From NCBI GenBank assembly GCA_016722655.1, contig JADKIR010000004.1, positions 1,595,183 through 1,659,182 on the forward strand: a stretch of 64,000 nt of DNA, given 5' to 3'. Below, piece after piece: positions 25,677 to 33,917 of this stretch. Below the pieces are notes generated by a model that saw nothing but the letters and a program-made list of their open reading frames with translations, did not search any database and was not told the origin of the DNA. This DNA is from Cytophagaceae bacterium (GTDB lineage Bacteria; Bacteroidota; Bacteroidia; Cytophagales; Spirosomataceae). A program made the position numbers and the translations under genes. Positions within the stretch are counted from its first letter, which is position 1. Each line of letters opens with the position of its first letter.

Positions 25677-27254
25677 CTACTTCTTCACCCCCGGTTGCAA
25701 AATCTCAAACTTTTCCTGCTCTTTGGCTTTTTTAACGATGTTTTTTACATCTTCCAGGAGCTTTTTGGCATCGTAAACTATGCCGTCTTTAATAGTATAT
25801 TTTACGCCTCCAGCTCTTATAACTTCATTGTTTTCGGTCACCTTTATAGCCCCGGTGCCGTAAAGAGAAGAGAAATTTGCCAGAGGATTTTCTTCCGTAA
25901 TCACAAAATCAGCCAATTTGCCTACTTCCACAGATCCAATTTCTTTATCAACACCCAAAGCCTCTGCTCCTTTGATGGTTGCTGACCTGATTACTTCCAG
26001 TGGATGAAAGCCTGCTTCTCGCAGCAATTCCAACTCACGGATATAGGCAAAGCCATAGAGTTGATATATATACCCCGAGTCAGAGCCAGTGGTCACCCTA
26101 CCACCTTTGTTTTTGTATTCATTTACAAACCGCATCCAGATTCTATAGTTTTCTTTCCACTGAATTTCCTGCTCTGTGCCCCAATTGAGCCAATAGCTGC
26201 CATGAGAAATACGACTTGGGCCATAAAAACGCCAAAGAGCCGGCAGTGTATAGTCTTCGTGCCATTCAGCCCTGCGTGCCCGCATAAAGTCGCGGTTGGC
26301 TTCATAAATATTAAATGTGGGGTCAAGCGTGAAATCAATTTTCAGCAGCTCGTCCATTACTTTATACCATTTTTCTGAGCCGGGTGCTGCTGCTTGTTTC
26401 CAGAGCTTTCCGGCTTCTTCAAAGCGGTTTTGTTCGTTATTGTAATTATAATCCGCCGGATAATTTTGCAAAGTGCGGTCATCAAATAGTGCCTCGGGCA
26501 GCCCATACCAATGCTCCATGGAGGTTAAGCCGGCTTTGGCTGTGGCTAAAACATTCATTCGGGCTACTTCCAGCTGGGCATGATGGCACGCAGACCGTAA
26601 ACCCAGATTTTTGTTTTCTTCCAGAGCCGCCCTGAAAACATTGGGTTCGGCTCCGAAAAACTTGATGCCGTCAGCACCTTTATTTGCATTATTTTTTACC
26701 CATTCTCTGGCGGCTTCAGGTGTGGTTATGGGTTTATCGGACCCACTACCGAAAAATGTATATGCGTAAATCCTGGGTGCGACTATTTCGTTGTTCAGGC
26801 TTTTTTGTTTGTGTGCCAAAGTCCAGTCAATACCATTGCCCGAGCCGGGTTCCCTCACCGTAGTTACGCCATGAGCCAGCCAAAGTTTAAAAACATATTC
26901 CGATGGCGTGCCTTGTTCCTTACCACCAATATGCCCGTGCATATCTATAAATCCCGGCATAAGGTACATGCCTGTGCAATCCAGCTCTTTGTCACCTGCT
27001 TCAACTTTAGGCCTTCGCTTACCATCAATGGGTACGCCTGGGTAGCCCACCTGTCTGATTTCTTTAATCCGGTTTTGCTCCACCACAATATCAATTGGCC
27101 CCAAAGGTGGTGCTCCTGTAGAATTAATCAGGGTCACGCCCCGAATTATCAGTTTTTTATAAGGACCATCACCTTCTGATCGTTTTGGTGCGTCTTTGAT
27201 TTGAGCAAAAACCTTGAGATTTAACAGAAGAATGACAAATAGTATTTTTTTCAT
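25677..27254 (-). CDS. amidohydrolase family metallo-hydrolase, secreted
   Basis: 525 aa with a signal peptide and the PGFIDMHGH metal-binding motif. Confidence 0.75.
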   Translation of the reverse strand: MKKILFVILLLNLKVFAQIKDAPKRSEGDGPYKKLIIRGVTLINSTGAPPLGPIDIVVEQNRIKEIRQVGYPGVPIDGKRRPKVEAGDKELDCTGMYLMPGFIDMHGHIGGKEQGTPSEYVFKLWLAHGVTTVREPGSGNGIDWTLAHKQKSLNNEIVAPRIYAYTFFGSGSDKPITTPEAAREWVKNNANKGADGIKFFGAEPNVFRAALEENKNLGLRSACHHAQLEVARMNVLATAKAGLTSMEHWYGLPEALFDDRTLQNYPADYNYNNEQNRFEEAGKLWKQAAAPGSEKWYKVMDELLKIDFTLDPTFNIYEANRDFMRARRAEWHEDYTLPALWRFYGPSRISHGSYWLNWGTEQEIQWKENYRIWMRFVNEYKNKGGRVTTGSDSGYIYQLYGFAYIRELELLREAGFHPLEVIRSATIKGAEALGVDKEIGSVEVGKLADFVITEENPLANFSSLYGTGAIKVTENNEVIRAGGVKYTIKDGIVYDAKKLLEDVKNIVKKAKEQEKFEILQPGVKK

Positions 27255-27537
27255 TTTTTCGGAATAAGAAAGTTTAAATATCTGAATAAATAATCGGAAA
27301 CCTGATGCTTAAACTGATTTTCTTGGTTAGAAAAGACAAATTATCTGCATAAATTAATAGTTTATTTTCTGTAAACTATTGAATAACAAATATTTATAAT
27401 TATTTCATTTTATCTATGCCTCGTCAAAATTGTTTTTTAATTAAGATTTAAGCTGACATTAACTCCAGTTTAAGGCAGTCAGGAAACCTTTGTGGTAAGT
27501 TCTTTAAACAAATTTTTAAACACTAATTGGAAAAATT

Positions 27538-28509
27538 ATGAAAGCTAACAGATCAAATTCAATCATCACATTGTGTGTTAGTCTTGCATTATTTTCATGC
27601 GAAAATGGCGTTTTTGGGCCTAAAGGTGACATTAACGATACAAGCAAACCACAGGGAAATCTATCGGTTGCTATTACTGATGCCCCCATTGATCAGGCCG
27701 AAGTGACAGGTGCATTTGTGACTATTACCAGTGTTAAAGTGGACGGAAAAGCACTTTCTGGTTTTAAAGGACCTCAAACGGTTAACTTGTTGGCTCTTCA
27801 AAATGGTAACTCGCTTAATCTGGGCACCCAATCAGTTGCTGCAGACCAATATTCCAAGCTTACTTTGGAGATTAATTCTGAAACAGACGCAAACGGTGTT
27901 GCTCCCGGAAGTTACATTACCCTGGCTAATGGCACCAAAGAAAAACTGGAACTTTCGGGAAATGGCAAAACGGAGATTGAGCTAAAGCCAAAAAACTTTG
28001 AGGTTACCGAAAATGGTAATACAGAGATTATTGTAGATTTTGATTTAAGAAAATCAATTAAGTCAAAAAATAATGATTACGCATTTGTAACACTCGGAGA
28101 GTTGAAATCGGGAGTGAGAGCAGAAGTAAAAGCACAGACAGGCACTCTGAAAGGAAAAATTGACAATTACGGGGCTATTGGGTCTAAAGTAATCGTTTAT
28201 GCCTATCAGAAAGGTACTTTTAATGGAAATGCTGAAATCAACGGGCAGGGTAGTAGTGATATCAAATTTTCCAATGCCGTATCGAGTGCTGTGGCCGATG
28301 GCGGAGGAAACTTTACGCTGGCATTTCTACCTGCCGGAGAATATGAGATTTATGTGGAAAAACCGCAGTCAACAGGCCTGGGATTAGGAGTTAATACGCT
28401 TTTGGAGTTGACAAGTGATACAAATTTAAAAGCCCTTGCCGTAAATGCCAATGCCCAAACTAACGTATCGCTTTCTGTAAAATTAGGTGGTATTTTGGGT
28501 TTTGATTGA
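27538..28509 (+). CDS. DUF4382-like lipoprotein
   Basis: 323 aa. Has lipobox LALFSC and LSVAITDAPIDQAEVTGAFVTITSVKVDG, typical of DUF4382 (family recalled). Confidence 0.6.
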   Translation: MKANRSNSIITLCVSLALFSCENGVFGPKGDINDTSKPQGNLSVAITDAPIDQAEVTGAFVTITSVKVDGKALSGFKGPQTVNLLALQNGNSLNLGTQSVAADQYSKLTLEINSETDANGVAPGSYITLANGTKEKLELSGNGKTEIELKPKNFEVTENGNTEIIVDFDLRKSIKSKNNDYAFVTLGELKSGVRAEVKAQTGTLKGKIDNYGAIGSKVIVYAYQKGTFNGNAEINGQGSSDIKFSNAVSSAVADGGGNFTLAFLPAGEYEIYVEKPQSTGLGLGVNTLLELTSDTNLKALAVNANAQTNVSLSVKLGGILGFD

Positions 28510-28516
28510 TTTTAAA

Positions 28517-28549
28517 TAAAAAAAAAGAGGAGTTTTGGCTCCTCTTTTT
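28517..28549. terminator. bidirectional terminator (DUF4382 gene / tsf)
   Basis: A-run, stem agaggag (28526-28532) pairing with ctcctct (28539-28545), then a T-run. Confidence 0.75.
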
Positions 28550-28568
28550 AATATTTATTGGATAGGAA

Positions 28569-29402
28569 TTACCCAATCACAACTCTCTTAAATGAAGCGA
28601 TTTTCGCACCTTTTACGGTTTTCTCAACCAAAGCAGCAATAGTCAAAGAAGGATCTTTTACAAACTCCTGGTTCAACAATGTTTGCTCTTTGTAGAATTT
28701 GTTCAGTTTACCCATTGCGATTTTCTCAAGCATAGCTTCAGGTTTTCCTTCCTGACGAGCCTGATCTTTACCAATTTCGATTTCTTTTTCTACAATAGCA
28801 GGATCAACATCACCTTTGTCAAGACCAACAGGCTTCATAGCAACGATTTGCATCGCAACGTCTTTTCCAAGATCATGTACATCAGCACCGCCAATGTTTT
28901 CGAAAGCTACAATTCCGGCTGCTTTTTTGTTGCTATGAATATAAGCCACAACTTGCTCGCCTTCAACATGGTGGAAAGCAGATACTACTATTTTCTCACC
29001 GATTTTACCAACCAATTCAGTGATATTTTCCTGAACTGATTTGCCGTTTTCCAGATTAAGACCTAAAAGTGTCTCTGCGTCTTTTGCATGGTGTTTTACA
29101 CCAGCTTGCAAGATTTCAGCAGCAAGGTTTTTGAAGTCTTCAACGTTTGATACCGGCTCAGTTTCACATGCAAAAGCCAATACTTTGGCACTTTTTCCGC
29201 TATCACTTACATCTACCAATACCACTCCTTCCGAAGTTTCATTATCTGCACGTTTGGCAGCCACTTTCTGACCTGCTTTACGCAATATTTCAACGGCTTT
29301 TTCAAAATCACCCTCAGCTTCAGTAAGGGCTTTTTTGCAATCCATCATTCCGGCTCCTGTTAATTGACGTAGTTTGTTTACGTCAGCTGCAGTAATATTC
29401 AT
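28569..29402 (-). CDS. tsf: translation elongation factor Ts
   Basis: 277 aa with the UBA-like N-terminus MNITAADVNKLRQLTGAGMMDCKKALTEAEGDFEKAVEILRK. Confidence 0.95.
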   Translation of the reverse strand: MNITAADVNKLRQLTGAGMMDCKKALTEAEGDFEKAVEILRKAGQKVAAKRADNETSEGVVLVDVSDSGKSAKVLAFACETEPVSNVEDFKNLAAEILQAGVKHHAKDAETLLGLNLENGKSVQENITELVGKIGEKIVVSAFHHVEGEQVVAYIHSNKKAAGIVAFENIGGADVHDLGKDVAMQIVAMKPVGLDKGDVDPAIVEKEIEIGKDQARQEGKPEAMLEKIAMGKLNKFYKEQTLLNQEFVKDPSLTIAALVEKTVKGAKIASFKRVVIG

Positions 29403-29452
29403 TTTTATATTATTTTTATGTAAATAAATTTTATGTCTTGTTTAAAACGAAC

Positions 29453-29497
29453 AGCCCAAAGCGACGCTTCGGGCTATTCAAGTATTATTTCGAAGCG
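29453..29497 (-). promoter_or_regulatory. rpsB-tsf intercistronic alternative hairpins (attenuator-like)
   Basis: The minus-strand RNA reads CGCUUCG...CCCGAAGCG.CGCUUUGGG. Segment 2 can pair with either segment 1 or segment 3. The 2:3 hairpin is followed by CUGUUCGUUUU. Confidence 0.4.
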
Positions 29498-29507
29498 AAA
29501 TATTTTC

Positions 29508-30455
29508 TTATGCTTCTGCTTCCTCTGTTGAGGCTTCAGCTGCAGGAGCTTCAGGAGCGGCTTCTTCTGCTACTGGAGCAGCTTCAACTACAACTTCTTC
29601 TACAACCGGGGCCGCTTCAGCTTCAGGAGCTGCATCAGCAGTTTTTACTCTTTTTCTTTTACCACCTTCTGAAGATTCTTCACCTCTGTTTACTACTTCT
29701 CTGGCAGTATCAACGGCTCTTTTAGCATCTTCTTCTTCCTGAAGAGCGGCATTTTCTTTGTCAGTTTTTCTTTCAAGAATACCTTCTTCGATAGCCTTAC
29801 CGATAGCAAGTGTAATCAATGAAATCGATTTGTAAGCATCATCGTTAGATGGTATAGCAAAGTCAACGATTTCAGGATTTGAATTGGTATCGCACATGGC
29901 AACAACAGGAATACCCAATCTTTTGGCTTCTGCTATAGCAAGGTGCTCACGTTTGATATCTACTACAAATATGGCAGCAGGAAGTCTTGAAAGGTCAGCT
30001 ACACCACCCAACAATTTTTCCAATTTGGCTTTTTCACGACCCAGCATCAACTTTTCGCGTTTTGCGATGTTGCCGGCAGTGGCCTCGTCAGAAAGCATTT
30101 TGTCGATGTTGTTCATCTTCTTCAATGATTTCTTGATAGTAGTGAAGTTGGTCAACATACCACCCAACCATCTTTCAGTTACGAAAGGCATTTTAAGACG
30201 GTTAGCTTCTTCTGATACTATTTCCTGAGCTTGTTTTTTGGTAGCTACAAACATCACTTTACGTCCTGAGCGAACTACGCTTTTAACGAATGCCTGAGCG
30301 GCAGCGATGGCTTCCAATGATTGATTGAGGTCAATGATGTGAATCCCGTTTTTCTCCATGAAGATATAAGGAGCCATTCTTGGATCCCATTTACGGGTCA
30401 GGTGACCAAAGTGTACGCCTGCATCTAAGAGGTCTTTGTACTGAATTTGTGCCAT
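29508..30455 (-). CDS. rpsB: 30S ribosomal protein S2 with an acidic Ala/Glu/Pro-rich C-terminal tail
   Basis: The ATG at 30455 gives MAQIQYKDLLDAGVHFGHLTRKWDPRM. The ORF-track start at 30506 is an upstream extension. Confidence 0.95.
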   Translation of the reverse strand: MAQIQYKDLLDAGVHFGHLTRKWDPRMAPYIFMEKNGIHIIDLNQSLEAIAAAQAFVKSVVRSGRKVMFVATKKQAQEIVSEEANRLKMPFVTERWLGGMLTNFTTIKKSLKKMNNIDKMLSDEATAGNIAKREKLMLGREKAKLEKLLGGVADLSRLPAAIFVVDIKREHLAIAEAKRLGIPVVAMCDTNSNPEIVDFAIPSNDDAYKSISLITLAIGKAIEEGILERKTDKENAALQEEEDAKRAVDTAREVVNRGEESSEGGKRKRVKTADAAPEAEAAPVVEEVVVEAAPVAEEAAPEAPAAEASTEEAEA

Positions 30456-30558
30456 TTCGTTTGTTTTAATTGTAAAAAAATTTATTGAATTTGCAGCACA
30501 GCACATCGGGCACGATAAGTACTGTCTGGACGGATATAATTAATAATGGGCTAATTTG

Positions 30559-30666
30559 TTAATGTGCTAATTAAATTTACAACCTTTTGGTTTTTAGTTA
30601 ATTAGAGCAATGTGCCTCATTCAAGAAAATTAGCACATTACCGCATTGCCACATTAGCACATTAAT
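30559..30666 (-). promoter_or_regulatory. rpsB upstream region with an 11-nt motif present three times
   Basis: aatgtgctaat at 30561-30571, and its reverse complement attagcacatt at 30629-30639 and 30653-30663. A partial copy aatgtgcc lies at 30609-30616. Confidence 0.45.
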
Positions 30667-30670
30667 AATA

Positions 30671-31057
30671 TTAACGTTTCGAGAACTGGAATCTCTTACG
30701 TGCTTTGCGGCGACCGTATTTTTTACGCTCAACCATACGCGAATCACGGGTTAAGAATCCTTCTTTTTTCAACGGAGGGCGGTTTTCAGTGTCTGCTTCG
30801 CACAATGCACGTGCGATTGCCATTCTTATGGCTTCAGCCTGACCTGCAATACCACCACCTCTTACGTTTACTTTCAAATCAAATTTTCCTGTAGCATTTA
30901 CTGTATCAAATGCCTGATTGAAAATAATCTGAAGTACTTCGGTAGGGAAGTAGTTTGACAATTCACGACCGTTTACCTTCACGTCACCTGTACCAGGTTT
31001 CATGTAAACACGGGCAACGGCTGTTTTTCTTCTACCTACGGTATTAATTACCTGCAT
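30671..31057 (-). CDS. rpsI: 30S ribosomal protein S9
   Basis: 128 aa, ending in the canonical ...[13 protein letters not shown]. Confidence 0.95.
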   Translation of the reverse strand: MQVINTVGRRKTAVARVYMKPGTGDVKVNGRELSNYFPTEVLQIIFNQAFDTVNATGKFDLKVNVRGGGIAGQAEAIRMAIARALCEADTENRPPLKKEGFLTRDSRMVERKKYGRRKARKRFQFSKR

Positions 31058-31082
31058 TTTATTTTAATTTTTAAAATTCTAA

Positions 31083-31529
31083 TTAATTGATTTCGAGAGT
31101 GGTTGGTTGTTGAGCCTGATGAGGGTGCTCACCGCCTTCATATACATAAAGGTTGGTGTAAAGTTTGCTGCCCAATCTGTTTTTTGGAAGCATACCTTTC
31201 ACTGCCATCTCCACTACTTTTCTACCATCCTTAGCCATAAGCTCTTTAGGAGACGCGAAACGCTGTCCACCCGGATGACCTGTGTGACGAGTATAAACTT
31301 TATCAGTCATTTTTTTACCGGTAAGTCTGATCTTCTCGGCATTGATGATGATTACGTTATCTCCACAGTCAACGTTTGGTGTGTATGATGTTTTGTTTTT
31401 TCCTTGCAGGATGTTGGCCACCTGACTAGACAAACGACCCAAAATTTTATTTGAGGCATCTACTACTACCCACTTTTTCTCGACGGTCTTGGCATTAGCC
31501 GAAATCGTTCTATAACTTAATTGATCCAC
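31083..31529 (-). CDS. rplM: 50S ribosomal protein L13 (GTG start)
   Basis: 148 aa, (M)DQLSYRTISANAKTVEKKWVVVDASNKILGRLSSQVA. The start codon is GTG (plus-strand cac at 31527-31529). Confidence 0.95.
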   Translation of the reverse strand: MDQLSYRTISANAKTVEKKWVVVDASNKILGRLSSQVANILQGKNKTSYTPNVDCGDNVIIINAEKIRLTGKKMTDKVYTRHTGHPGGQRFASPKELMAKDGRKVVEMAVKGMLPKNRLGSKLYTNLYVYEGGEHPHQAQQPTTLEIN

Positions 31530-31813
31530 GATTGCAATTTTTTATACGTTAATTAATCAATTTAAAAACACAATTCGCCGGGCATACCCAAATAGCTTTC
31601 GACTTTTTATGTTTTCTTTTCTAATTATAAGGTGCTTAAAAAACACAAAAATCAGGATCGGAACTTCCTCATTTCTTATAACTTACATAGCCTTTTTGGA
31701 GCGGGCAGCACCAAGAAGGCGGTATTTGGGGCTGCAAAGATAGAAAAATGTTTTCTTATTACAAATAATCACTCTAAAATTCTTAAGAAAATTTCAGGAC
31801 ATAATCATTTGGT

Positions 31814-31855
31814 AATAAAACATTAAGCCCGGCACTCTTTCAAGGCCGGGCTTAA
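31814..31855 (-). terminator. terminator hairpin; copy A of a 42-nt direct repeat (41/42 identical to 32441-32482)
   Basis: aataaaacattaagcccggcactctttcaaggccgggcttaa. 9-bp stem aagcccggc (31825-31833) pairs with gccgggctt (31845-31853). Confidence 0.75.
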
Positions 31856-31875
31856 AAGATTTTTACTATCAGCAT

Positions 31876-32361
31876 TTATTTATTAATTACTTCAATTTCA
31901 GTTATTCGAAATGGTAAAGCACTGTCATAAGATACTGGAGTATTGGTTGGTTCTTCCGGTTTGTCCCAGGTGTTTTTGAGTTTTTCGAAATTATCTTTTG
32001 AAATATATGTATTTCCACTAACCCTCACTAATGTATTGCTTTTAAGATTTGCAGGTAAATTACAAGGCCTAAAACAACATAATCCACGTTTTTCTTTATA
32101 TCCTGGAATGCTAAATGAAACTCTTGAAGACTTTTCTGACCAATTTAGGGTATCTCGCAATGACAATTCATAGGCTTTTGTTTCATCATCTCCGCTTATC
32201 CAATATTCCCCATTTTTTACTGTAACCAGCACCACGGGATTTTCCGGATCACATATAGAAAATTCTTTGAGTATTTTCTTATCTTCAGAACAAGATAGAG
32301 AAATGATTAACACAAAAGAGGCGAAAAAAATATGTGATTTTATTTTCGGATTTGATTTCAT
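31876..32361 (-). CDS. hypothetical lipoprotein (161 aa)
   Basis: Signal peptide with lipobox (LIISLSC). AT-rich. No recognisable domain. Confidence 0.6.
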   Translation of the reverse strand: MKSNPKIKSHIFFASFVLIISLSCSEDKKILKEFSICDPENPVVLVTVKNGEYWISGDDETKAYELSLRDTLNWSEKSSRVSFSIPGYKEKRGLCCFRPCNLPANLKSNTLVRVSGNTYISKDNFEKLKNTWDKPEEPTNTPVSYDSALPFRITEIEVINK

Positions 32362-32440
32362 AAGTTGTTTATATTTAATTATTTGTTAAAAATATGTATG
32401 AATATTATAGTAAGCAACAAATAATTATTTTACGGTTGGA

Positions 32441-32482
32441 AATAAAACAATAAGCCCGGCACTCTTTCAAGGCCGGGCTTAA
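32441..32482 (-). terminator. terminator of the leuA-like gene; copy B of the 42-nt direct repeat
   Basis: aataaaacaataagcccggcactctttcaaggccgggcttaa. Stem 32452-32460 pairs with 32472-32480. Confidence 0.75.
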
Positions 32483-32501
32483 GCTTAAGGTTTAACAGAT
32501 T

Positions 32502-33665
32502 TTATTGTTCTACTTCTTCGAGCATTGGTCTTACCAATCCTACCAAATCCTTATCATTTACTTCTTTTATTTTGTCAGCCAAAATCAGGAATTCATCATA
32601 AATTTCGTCAAGCTTTTCTTTAGTGGCTTTAAATCCAAGTAATTCCATCCGGTGTTTGATGGCATGGCGTCCACTTCTTGCAGTCAAAACTATGTCTGAC
32701 TTATCCACGCCAACTTCCTGAGGCGTCATAATTTCATAGTTGAGGCTATGTTTCAGGAAGCCATCCTGGTGAATACCCGAAGAATGTGCAAAAGCATTTC
32801 TACCCACTATGGCTTTGTTGGCCTGCACGGGCATACGCATCGTTTTTGATACCAAATGGCTCAAAGGAGCAAGGTTTTCGGTTTTGATGTTGGTGTATAA
32901 CCCCAAGTCCTTATGTACTTTGAGGGTCATCACTACTTCTTCCAATGATGTATTGCCTGCTCTTTCACCAATTCCGTTGATGGTTACTTCCACTTGCCTT
33001 GCACCCGCCTGAATCCCGGCGATAGTATTGGCAGTGGCCATACCCAGGTCATTGTGGTTGTGCATTGACAATATGGCTTTGTCCACATTGGGAACATTAT
33101 TTACAAGATAACTGATACGCTCAAATGTTTGATTGGGCAGCAAATACCCGGTAGTGTCAGGAAGATTGACCACAGTAGCACCAGCTTTTATAACAGCTTC
33201 AGTGAGTCTGGCTAAAAATTCGATATCTGCACGGCCAGCATCTTCGGCATAAAACTCCACGTCGTCGGTAAATTGCCTCGCATATTTTACAGCATCAACT
33301 CCTCTTTGTAAAATCTCGTCACGATTGCTGTTAAATTTATATTGAATATGAATGTCAGAAGATCCAATTCCCGTATGTATTCTTGACCTTTTTGCAGGTT
33401 TCAGGGCTTCGGCAGCCACTTCTATATCTTTTTTTACGGCACGGGTTAGACCACACACGGTTGCGTTCTGCACTACTTTCGATATTGCTTCCACAGCTTT
33501 AAAATCGCCCGGGCTCGAAATCGGGAAACCGGCTTCAATGATATCTACTCCTAGCAGGTCGAGTTCACGTGCAATCATCAATTTTTCTTCAATATTTAAT
33601 TGACATCCCGGCACTTGTTCACCATCTCTTAATGTAGTATCAAAGACAAAGATTTTCTGGCTCAT
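32502..33665 (-). CDS. leuA: 2-isopropylmalate synthase family enzyme (short LeuA/CimA-type form, no C-terminal regulatory domain)
   Basis: 387 aa, with [15 protein letters not shown] and the [19 protein letters not shown] metallolyase motifs. It stands alone, with no leuBCD nearby. Confidence 0.6.
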   Translation of the reverse strand: MSQKIFVFDTTLRDGEQVPGCQLNIEEKLMIARELDLLGVDIIEAGFPISSPGDFKAVEAISKVVQNATVCGLTRAVKKDIEVAAEALKPAKRSRIHTGIGSSDIHIQYKFNSNRDEILQRGVDAVKYARQFTDDVEFYAEDAGRADIEFLARLTEAVIKAGATVVNLPDTTGYLLPNQTFERISYLVNNVPNVDKAILSMHNHNDLGMATANTIAGIQAGARQVEVTINGIGERAGNTSLEEVVMTLKVHKDLGLYTNIKTENLAPLSHLVSKTMRMPVQANKAIVGRNAFAHSSGIHQDGFLKHSLNYEIMTPQEVGVDKSDIVLTARSGRHAIKHRMELLGFKATKEKLDEIYDEFLILADKIKEVNDKDLVGLVRPMLEEVEQ

Positions 33666-33917
33666 GTTATATTTTTGTAAAATGTTTTAAAAAACGCGAA
33701 GCAAAAGTAAAGAAAAAAGGAAATCTGAAAAATTATTAAGTGGCGTATTACTCAAATTAGGAATAATATGCTATACTATTTACAACATTCTGAAATTTTA
33801 TTCTGTAAGTGTAAACATATATTTTTATTTTTGCACCTTAATTGGAAATCATATAAGAACAAAAAACTGTTGTTTGGGAAATAATAAGCCATTTTGCAGA
33901 AAAATAACCTTTAGTTT

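Noticed and set aside
27356-27381. Inverted repeat aatagttta-N7-taaactatt in the divergent amidohydrolase/DUF4382 promoter region.
   Set aside because: It is a single 9-bp AT-only palindrome in AT-rich DNA with no second copy. It is too weak to call as an operator.
31632-31826. 64-aa plus-strand ORF upstream of rplM.
   Set aside because: It lies in the rplM promoter and leader region, runs into the terminator repeat, and has no domain or RBS.
13610-32482. Search for integrase, transposase, tRNA-adjacent att sites or IS inverted repeats that could explain the three islands.
   Set aside because: No ORF in or near the islands resembles a recombinase or transposase. The flanking repeats are direct, not inverted, and they differ between islands. 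So I have not called any of these blocks a mobile_element.
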